A program made the translations under genes and the position numbers. A stretch of 32,000 bases of DNA, from NCBI RefSeq assembly GCF_018398935.1, contig NZ_CP074694.1:2160001-2192000 (forward strand), read 5' to 3'. The notes under the pieces were generated by a model that did no database searches, was not told the DNA's origin, and saw nothing but the letters and a program-made list of their open reading frames with translations. Shown here in pieces: positions 25,261-32,000 of this stretch. Position 1 is the first letter of the stretch. Every line of letters starts with the position of its first letter. This stretch comes from Telmatocola sphagniphila (GTDB taxonomy: Bacteria; Planctomycetota; Planctomycetia; Gemmatales; Gemmataceae).

Positions 25261-26010
25261 ATGAAGCGTTTTTTTGTTATTTCGCTCCTCTTGCCGATGT
25301 TCGCTGTCAACTTCGGTTGTGACAAGAGTGGTACTCCTGGAGGTCCCGGAGCGACCGATTCCAAATCAAAAACGCCTGCTTACGGGCAGGCAGACAATAC
25401 TTTTAACCTGACTGCATCCGCAATTTCCTTGAAACAAGGAGATGCTAGTGCAGGCACAATTGGCATAAAGCGTGGAACGGATTTCGATCAAAGCGTAACG
25501 CTTGCATTTGAAGATCTACCCAAAGGAGTTGTCTTAGAGCCCACTGCACCTGTCATTCTGAGTAAGGGTACGGATGCGAAATTCACTCTAAAAGCAGGTG
25601 ACGATGCTTCTCTGGGCGATTTCACAATCAAGGTCATCGGTCACCCGTCGAAAGGGGGCGACGCGACGGAACAATTTAAGCTAACCGTCTCGAAGAAAGA
25701 CACTTTTACACTAAGCGTCCCTTTCTGGACGACTGCCCTCAAGCAAGGCGAAACCAAGATCGTAACAATCTCCATTTCCCGAGATAAAGCTTTCGATCAG
25801 GACGTTTCACTGAAGTTCGATGGCTTGCCAAAGGGAATTTCTGTCGAACCGACTTCTGCTGTCATCAAAAACGGGGAAGCGGACACCAAAATCTCTTTTA
25901 AGGCTAAAGAAGATGCAGGCTTAGGTGATTTTGCGGTCCAAATAACAGCACATCCCACCAAGGGAGCAGATGCCAGCCACGAATTCAAATTCACTGTTGC
26001 CAAGAAATAA
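25261..26010 (+). CDS. lipoprotein with two tandem homologous Ig-like domains
   Basis: I prefer ATG 25261: MKRFFVISLLLPMFAVNFGC has a lipobox. Two units of about 100 aa align with each other (FDQ.V.L.F..LPKG...EPT..VI..G..D.K...KA..DA.LGDF......HP.KG.DA...FK.TV.KK). Confidence 0.7.
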   Translation: MKRFFVISLLLPMFAVNFGCDKSGTPGGPGATDSKSKTPAYGQADNTFNLTASAISLKQGDASAGTIGIKRGTDFDQSVTLAFEDLPKGVVLEPTAPVILSKGTDAKFTLKAGDDASLGDFTIKVIGHPSKGGDATEQFKLTVSKKDTFTLSVPFWTTALKQGETKIVTISISRDKAFDQDVSLKFDGLPKGISVEPTSAVIKNGEADTKISFKAKEDAGLGDFAVQITAHPTKGADASHEFKFTVAKK

Positions 26011-26070
26011 AACCGGAGTGATTTCCATTCCGAAATAGCAACTTGTTTTTCTACATAGAATGGGGGATTT

Positions 26071-26235
26071 ATGGGTCTCATCGTATTAATTGTTCTGATA
26101 TTGCTTCTCGTGGGCGCTACACCAAGCTGGGGATATAGCCGGAATTGGGGTTATGGGCCCAGTGGATTTCTCGGTTTAGTTGTAGTGGTCGTTCTCGTCT
26201 TGTTGCTTTTGGGACATATCCCTTACAGCTTCTAA
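26071..26235 (+). CDS. DUF3309-like small membrane protein (not in the supplied ORF track)
   Basis: ATG 26071 is preceded by GGGGGA. The 54-aa product is MGLIVLIVLILLLVGATPSWGYSRNWGYGPSGFLGLVVVVVLVLLLLGHIPYSF. The P.W.YSR.WGYGPSG core flanked by two Leu-rich helices matches DUF3309 as I recall it. Confidence 0.6.
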   Translation: MGLIVLIVLILLLVGATPSWGYSRNWGYGPSGFLGLVVVVVLVLLLLGHIPYSF

Positions 26236-26820
26236 TAATTGAGATGCAATCGACCATTGCAAAGCTAACAAAGGAACGTCCGCCTGGATACACATACAGA
26301 AAATATCTGGTAGGACCCCGGAAGTTGATCTTTCACACTACAAAAGAGTCAATGAATGGTCGGAATAGTTCCCTTTGTTAAACTCCTCCAGGAAGACCCA
26401 GACGACTGATGGAAAACGAATTCGACTTTCCGTTAGTCGTCTACATTACACCGTAAAAGTTCAACGAGATACGCATTCCATTCTCTACGCTGAATATCGC
26501 AAACAGTCGGTCCTTTTTGAAGAATTTGACATAAGCACTACCAGAAAAATATTTCTTTGTCCGTATTTATGAACCATCGGATTCGTTAAAGGGCGATTCG
26601 CTACGAATCGTCCCTTGAGGAGTGCCGGTCAAACATTACTCGTTGGGGGAGTGGCCGCGTCGGCTGCCTTTGCAATCGCCAAGCTCATTGGCTGAGTGAT
26701 TAAGGAATGCGTCGGTGTGACGAGGCTATCGGATCAACCTGAAATCGAACACGAGTACGTTGAGATCGACTGCCGATCCGCTAACAGCCTGTTGAACTAA
26801 TCCATCTTTCGGGCTTTTGA

Positions 26821-27090
26821 TCACGCTACAGCTGAGGCAACCCGAATTCCGGGATTCAAAAATTTCAGACTCCGAACGAAAACGAGATCTTTAAAATCTT
26901 CTCCAAGAGCGTTAATGACAAAATAGATAAGGCCAAAAAGGCTGGCGAAGCCCTGCAGGCTCCTCGCCGTTCCCACTCCGAACAACTTTCTCATTAAAAG
27001 TCCCAAATTGCGCGCAGTCACCCGGAGCAGATACCGCTTTTTCACTTTTTCGAAGCTTCGCAACCAGCATCTTCTCGCCCCGCCCGTCTC
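26821..27090 (-). pseudogene. IS5/IS1182-like transposase C-terminal remnant
   Basis: In minus sense it reads ...*DVCETGGARRCWLRSFEKVKKRYLLRVTARNLGLLMRKLFGVGTARSLQG.... This matches the conserved C-terminal CETGG.RR..LRG..KV.KRYL......NLG.LMR.L.G.GTP motif. A stop lies directly upstream and no catalytic region is present. Confidence 0.6.
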
Positions 27091-27544
27091 GCAAACATCC
27101 TACATGATTGCCTGGAGCCACCGCCTGCAGCTGGAATCTAAAAATTGGGAAGAATCCGAACTGCTCGACTTCGTCGATGAACTTCAAATGAGAACTTATT
27201 TCTTGCAAAAAGAGATCGAGGAAAATTTCGTGGAGTCAGACAACAGTAACGACACAACAGTTCTCGACTGAGTGAATTTGTATTTTCCCGGTTATTGTAT
27301 CTCGGATGTTATCCGGGTGATTTGTGATTATTTCGAGCATATATAGCCTGACGGTATAAATGATCTAATAACTTTAACTGGGGCGAGAGGCGAAAAAAAC
27401 TGATTCAGAGGAATATCTACAGGCTTCTATCGATCTTATTTCTCCAGGAGGCATAAGATCGAGGTTCTTAAAATACCGGATTCAAGGATTCTAAATCCTC
27501 TAACCGAGACAACTTGAACCAGAAGCGGAATAGATCCAAGTGTA

Positions 27545-27874
27545 CTATCGAACGGCTTCCAGGAAGCGATAATCATACATCCACATTCCCTCTTGTTCAT
27601 CGCTATGGATCGCTATCCTTCCAGTCGTCTTGAACGCGAGTTTGAAAATCTCCCACTGTTCATCGCTGATATTGCCTTGTTGAGAGGTGGCTCCGCCCTC
27701 TTCCCAGAGAATGGAAACACTTCGGCCACCTGCTATCTCAAAGTAGCCTAGTCTACTGATTCTCCCAAAATGCCACTCGAAATTAGCCCCAGCCTTTCGC
27801 GCTTGCGCTTTATTTAAAGCTTCGCCTCCGACTTCATGTAATTGGTGCTTCGTTGCAATTGACTTCTTTGCCAT
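27545..27874 (-). CDS. hypothetical protein
   Basis: 109-aa ORF with an ATG start and protein-like composition. It lies 298 nt downstream of the kinase gene on the same strand. No family recognised. Confidence 0.5.
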   Translation of the reverse strand: MAKKSIATKHQLHEVGGEALNKAQARKAGANFEWHFGRISRLGYFEIAGGRSVSILWEEGGATSQQGNISDEQWEIFKLAFKTTGRIAIHSDEQEGMWMYDYRFLEAVR

Positions 27875-28172
27875 GAGTACTCATCCTTTGGTTCAATTCG
27901 CGGCAAAACCCTTACAGATTTGGCGCGTTTACTATACAGGCTTCTTAAATTCTATGGATTATCGCGACATAATAAATGCAATTGTGCCTCACTTACCAGA
28001 GGGTCATTCAAGAAACCGACTGGGCCGAATTCACCATTTTCTAACAGAGAACAATCACTGGAAGCGAGCATGGACCCGAAAAGGACTGGCTGCGTTCGTG
28101 AGAACCCGGGTTTTATCGATAATTGTTCCTGAAAGTGGGTAACCTGCGTTTGCAGGAAATCAGTTGCTCTGT

Positions 28173-29462
28173 TCAGCCGTTGCTCAGAGAGACGCGGGCG
28201 ATAATGGTAGTTCCGTTTCCGGGTGTAGATTCAATTGTCAAGGTGCCGCCGATTAAAGTTAGCCGCTCCTGCATTCCGCGTAGACCCAGTCTTCCCAGGT
28301 GCGCATCGGAAGATTTCATGGATTCGGAGTCGAACCCGATGCCATCATCTTCGACTAATGCCACCGCCTGATTTGGCGTTCGCTGGAGAATCACACTGAC
28401 ACGATGTGCTTTTCCATGTTTCAGGACGTTCGTCAGAGCTTCCGTAACCACGCGATAGAGACTTGTCTCAATAAGCGAGTCGAGTCTCTGGCCATCGAAA
28501 CCCGTTGAGTGGAAATCGATTTCAATTGAGGATTGTTCGGACCAAGCTTCGACGTAATTTGCCAGTGCCGCCTGAAGGCCCAGATCGTCCAGAGCCGTGG
28601 GGCGAAGTTCCATGGCCAGCTTATGGCTTTCGCGGCCTATCTGATCGTTGAGTTCCCGAAGTCTCACCAGATGAGGCCGGTACGGGGATGGGTCAACGGT
28701 CGAATCTTCGAGTGCTTTAAGGCCCAGGCCCAGCGCCGTTACCAGTTGCCCCATCTGATCGTGAAGATCGCGAGAGATGCGACGTCGTTCTTCTTCCTGG
28801 GCGGTTCCCAACCGCCGAAGTAGATCCCGGCGATCCGATTCGGCCGTTTCGCGGATCCGGATTTCGTTTCTCAGTGTATCGTTTGCCGCGGCCAGCTCCG
28901 CGGTCCGCTCCGCCACCCGTTCCTCGAGTTGATCGTGGGCTTCCCTCAACTTGGCGTTAAGGGACTCCGCTGCCTCCACCAATTCATGCTGCCGGATTGT
29001 CGAAAGCAGAAGTTCCTCATTCATTCCCATGGATTGTCGACGGAAATGCGCGATCTCCGTTGCATCCGTTACCTGTATCATGACACCCGTCGGTTGCTCG
29101 ACCTCTCCGAGTATTGCCCACACCGCATACGACCAGTAAACCGTTCGCGGATGCGACTGGCGATGTTCCTGCTCTATAAGGCACTCGTGCGTCCCCGTAT
29201 GGAAAACGCGGTCCAGCAGGGCGATGCATCCGTTAGCTTCCCCCTCCGGTACTGCATCCGCGAACGAGAAACCGATAAGCTCCGACCGGTCTCTACCGAC
29301 GAGGCGAGCGAAGGCGGGGTTCAGATAAGAGACGATGTGGGTTGATCCATGAACGGCGACCATGGGCAATGGGGATCTTTCAGACAGATAACGACAGAGC
29401 TTCGGGAGATCGGGCGATTGCCTACCAGCTTCAAATATTGGTTCCCGATCCATGTATCGCAC
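28173..29462 (-). CDS. PAS-domain sensor histidine kinase, HisKA_3 (NarX/DesK) type
   Basis: 429 aa. It has a PAS-like N-terminus (PMVAVHGSTHIVSYLNPAFARLVGRDRSELIG), a coiled coil, an H-box (EEERRRISRDLHDQMGQLVTAL), an N-box (EALTNVLKHGKA), G1 (DDGIGF) and G2 (GLRGMQERL..IGG). The GTG at 29462 abuts the KaiC-like stop; an ATG lies 3 codons later. Confidence 0.9.
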   Translation of the reverse strand: MRYMDREPIFEAGRQSPDLPKLCRYLSERSPLPMVAVHGSTHIVSYLNPAFARLVGRDRSELIGFSFADAVPEGEANGCIALLDRVFHTGTHECLIEQEHRQSHPRTVYWSYAVWAILGEVEQPTGVMIQVTDATEIAHFRRQSMGMNEELLLSTIRQHELVEAAESLNAKLREAHDQLEERVAERTAELAAANDTLRNEIRIRETAESDRRDLLRRLGTAQEEERRRISRDLHDQMGQLVTALGLGLKALEDSTVDPSPYRPHLVRLRELNDQIGRESHKLAMELRPTALDDLGLQAALANYVEAWSEQSSIEIDFHSTGFDGQRLDSLIETSLYRVVTEALTNVLKHGKAHRVSVILQRTPNQAVALVEDDGIGFDSESMKSSDAHLGRLGLRGMQERLTLIGGTLTIESTPGNGTTIIARVSLSNG

Positions 29463-30980
29463 CTATTCGTTTTGATCGGGCTCGTCTGGGATTTCGTGAA
29501 GGCCCTGAATGCCAGGTTTGATTGGTTCCGGGATGCCGGTGATAAGGCCGTGATAGCCCATCAGGCGTTCGCCGATCCTAAAGCCCTGGGAAGTAATCTC
29601 GTACTCGCAAATATCTTTACTGTGGTCTCCCGCCCGCATTTTCACCACCATTAAAACTTTGCGAAGCTGTCCATTAATCTCGACATAGCGTAATCGAATG
29701 ATGTCGTCGCTCAGAAAAGAAATCGAATAAGGGCTGAGTGCCAGCTCGGTGAAAGTTTCAGCTACTTCAACAGTACTCACAATCGTGACCCCGACCCGAG
29801 TCAATGCGCCGATCATCCGATAAAGCGACTCCCGAAAATCGGTTCGAAACGCGGGAGCGAGCGCCATCTCGAAGCCCGCGAGAGAATCGATGACTACTCT
29901 TTTTGCACCCGTCTTTTCCACCGCGTCGAGAATCTCTCGCATCGTCTCGTCAACCGATAAATCGAGCGGTCGCAGGTAAATGATGTTCAGCTTGCCCTCC
30001 TGCTGAAACTTATCGAAATCCATGCCGAGATTAGCGGCTCGCCCCGCATATTCCTCTGGACGTTCCTCGAAGATTGCGACGATTCCCGGCTCCCCCCGGC
30101 GGAGTCCTTCCGCAATGAACTGGGTGGCCAATACAGACTTTCCCGATCCCGATGGCCCCGCGATTAGCAGACTGTCCCCTTCGGGAATTCCGCCTTGAAG
30201 CAAGGCATCCAACTGGGCAATTCCGCAAGGAAGCCGCCTGCGATTGCGGGCTTTGACGGCTCGACCGGTCAGACCGAAAGTGCGAGGAAAAGCTTGCAAA
30301 CCATCGTTAGTGATACGGAAAGTATGAAGGCCGGGGACCGAGGTCTGACCACGCAGTTTCATAACTTGAAGTTTCCGGACGATGGAGTTTCGTTCGACCT
30401 GCTGGAACAGCCAGTACAGACCATCGGCCACGGTGAACACGGGGTTATCCCGAATTTCCCCATCGGTGTACTCGCCGATGAGAAAAGTCGTTGCCTGCCA
30501 GCTGGTGAGGTGCAGTGCAAGCCGCTGTATGAACCCTTGAAGTTCCAATTCCGCCGTGCCTCCTTGAGCTCTTCGGATTACGGTTCGGAAGGAATCCACT
30601 ACCACCAGGCCGGGGCTGGCTGCCTCGACTTCCTTGACGATTTCCTGCAATACCGCATTAAGATCTTTTTCCAGAACGACATGGCTCAGATTGATGAACC
30701 GTACGGCCGAGTTGAGTTTAGCGGGGTCGAAAAAGTTGAACTGCTGCTGGTATCGCAGCATCTTGATGGCCGGTTCGCCCAGTACCGTGAAGTAGAGAGC
30801 CGGGCGCTCCGGAGTCGCGTTCGCGAATATGACCTGGTGCGCGAGAGTGGTCTTACCGCAGCCGGGCGCGCCAGCAATGATGTTGAACGAATACTCGGGC
30901 AATCCCCCACCGAGAATTTCATCCAGACCCGGAACACCGGTAGGAATTTTTCGGATGATTACTTTATCGTCGGCGTTCAT
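29463..30980 (-). CDS. KaiC-like double RecA-domain ATPase
   Basis: 505 aa with two KaiC-type halves. Each begins with the motif G(V/I)..LD..L.GG.P and a Walker A (GAPGCGKTT; GPSGSGKSV). The C-terminal half carries SISFLSDDIIRLRYVEINGQLRKVLMVVKMRAGDH. This aligns to the KaiC CII phospho-site region as I remember it. Confidence 0.9.
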   Translation of the reverse strand: MNADDKVIIRKIPTGVPGLDEILGGGLPEYSFNIIAGAPGCGKTTLAHQVIFANATPERPALYFTVLGEPAIKMLRYQQQFNFFDPAKLNSAVRFINLSHVVLEKDLNAVLQEIVKEVEAASPGLVVVDSFRTVIRRAQGGTAELELQGFIQRLALHLTSWQATTFLIGEYTDGEIRDNPVFTVADGLYWLFQQVERNSIVRKLQVMKLRGQTSVPGLHTFRITNDGLQAFPRTFGLTGRAVKARNRRRLPCGIAQLDALLQGGIPEGDSLLIAGPSGSGKSVLATQFIAEGLRRGEPGIVAIFEERPEEYAGRAANLGMDFDKFQQEGKLNIIYLRPLDLSVDETMREILDAVEKTGAKRVVIDSLAGFEMALAPAFRTDFRESLYRMIGALTRVGVTIVSTVEVAETFTELALSPYSISFLSDDIIRLRYVEINGQLRKVLMVVKMRAGDHSKDICEYEITSQGFRIGERLMGYHGLITGIPEPIKPGIQGLHEIPDEPDQNE

Positions 30981-31411
30981 AAACCCTCATCACTTGCGAA
31001 GTCTATTCCGATCATCGAGGCGCTCGGCCACGCGTCGCGCACCAGTTGAAGCGTGAGCGGTTCACCGATGAATGTCACCAGTAGCCCCAGCAAATGCGCC
31101 AAGACCACAATCTCTCCTTTGCCGTCATCCATCCGATCTTGTTCCGGGCAATCGAGTTTCTTTAAGGAACCATCCTCCAGCACGCTTATCGAGACTAGTG
31201 AGGGGAGTTCCGCTTTGGCCATTACCAGCGCCCGCGACATGAGGGAGCGAAAACCGGCTATACCGGCAAGTTTCGATAGTGGCAGGCGCAATCGATCGTA
31301 AACTCGCATCGCGTCGCCACTGTTCGTAACGGGCGAATCTTCGCGCGCCGCTTCTAGGACGATTAATCGCCGAGCCAGATTTCGGATGCTGGGTGAAACT
31401 ATACTCATCAC
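30977..31411 (-). CDS. 144-aa hypothetical protein, first gene of the KaiC-like operon
   Basis: Its stop overlaps the KaiC-like start (ATGA at 30977-30980). The composition is soluble and helical. It does not resemble KaiB (thioredoxin-like), KaiA or a receiver domain as far as I can tell by eye. Confidence 0.6.
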   Translation of the reverse strand: MMSIVSPSIRNLARRLIVLEAAREDSPVTNSGDAMRVYDRLRLPLSKLAGIAGFRSLMSRALVMAKAELPSLVSISVLEDGSLKKLDCPEQDRMDDGKGEIVVLAHLLGLLVTFIGEPLTLQLVRDAWPSASMIGIDFASDEGL

Positions 31412-32000
31412 TCGACGAACTCTTAACTCGTGTCGGATCGAAACTGCGAATCCCTAACTCTTGGGTCGGGTACGACAGACCAGTTTTAACCCAACTTCAT
31501 GACTCTCGAATTAGTACTCGATCCGAACTGCGGGTGGATGACCTGGAGTAGGACTCGTCCTTGAACTTTTTGGACTGAGGATAATTCCACCTCCTTAAAT
31601 ATAGTAAAATTGGCGGAATTCAGTCGGACAAACTCCACGCGATCTGCAAATAGCAGGCCTATATGCCGGTTCCCAGCATCGATTAATAGCGTTCCCAGTA
31701 ATTTTTTTTGAATGCAATTGGAAGACCATCTCGCGTTCGGCCGGTGAGTGTGGAAGATCCGGCATCCCTCAGTCGATTAACTTCGGGTCGTCGATTTTAA
31801 TGCGGAATCTAACGAATTATTTCGGCGGTCGACAGAATTTGAACGCGAATTTGATATTCAGGCCTCGAGGCTTTGATCCTTCGCCGCGGATAAGCGTCCG
31901 ATAGACTGATTCCAATATCTAGACACGGAGGCACTTTCTGGGATACTCCAAAAGATCGTTGAAGATTGGCGAATCGCTACCTCTGTTTAACGGAGCCTAT

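Noticed and set aside
26590-26690. Short hairpin (GCGATTCG/CGAATCG) followed by a frame reading ...LLVGGVAASAAFAIAKLIG*
   Set aside because: The frame has no start codon after the preceding stop. The hairpin has no U-tract. It is probably a gene scrap or chance.
3242-27090. The IS5/IS1182-like N-terminal piece (3242..3670, +) and C-terminal piece (26821..27090, -) as two halves of one IS separated by a 23-kb inversion
   Set aside because: About 250 central codons are missing from both pieces. The inner junctions abut unrelated sequence (Rhs repeats and non-coding DNA), so a simple inversion does not reconstruct an element. They may derive from different copies.
31585-31600. CCACCTCCTTA (16S 3'-end-like) on the plus strand, which is a perfect AAGGAGGTG SD on the minus strand in the KaiC-operon upstream region
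   Set aside because: There is no surrounding rRNA sequence. On the minus strand no ATG, GTG or TTG lies 5-12 nt downstream, and the GTG inside the SD has zero spacing. It is too little to call a leader peptide or an anti-SD element.

Overview
This 32-kb window reads like a Planctomycetota (Gemmata-like) chromosome segment. That is an inference from gene content only (ECF sigma plus Ser/Thr kinase pair, TIGR02996-type paralogous families, large WD40/TPR/Sel1 proteins). All family calls are from motif memory; no search was run. Backbone genes: a 5'-truncated WD40 protein, two ECF-type sigma factors, a NADAR protein, a secreted caspase(C14)-Sel1 fusion, a tricorn-type S41 protease, a membrane Ser/Thr kinase, and a translationally coupled operon (144-aa unknown, KaiC-like ATPase, PAS/HisKA_3 kinase). 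Mobile DNA and decay are heavy. There is one intact IS5-family IS (915 bp, 17-bp IRs, TAA duplication) splitting a gene, and an internally deleted IS630 copy with a TA duplication. There are also IS5/IS1182-like and IS66-like transposase fragments, an Rhs/YD fragment, and several frameshifted genes. Three things stand out. (i) The sigma-linked kinase seems cut in two by a ~1.7-kb single-gene insertion whose 515-aa product I cannot place in any transposase or recombinase class. (ii) The KaiC-like operon has no KaiA or KaiB but an unknown 144-aa first gene. (iii) An AT-richer block (about 23.2-27.5 kb) of stress-type small membrane proteins is bracketed by IS debris. I found no rRNA, tRNA or CRISPR array.
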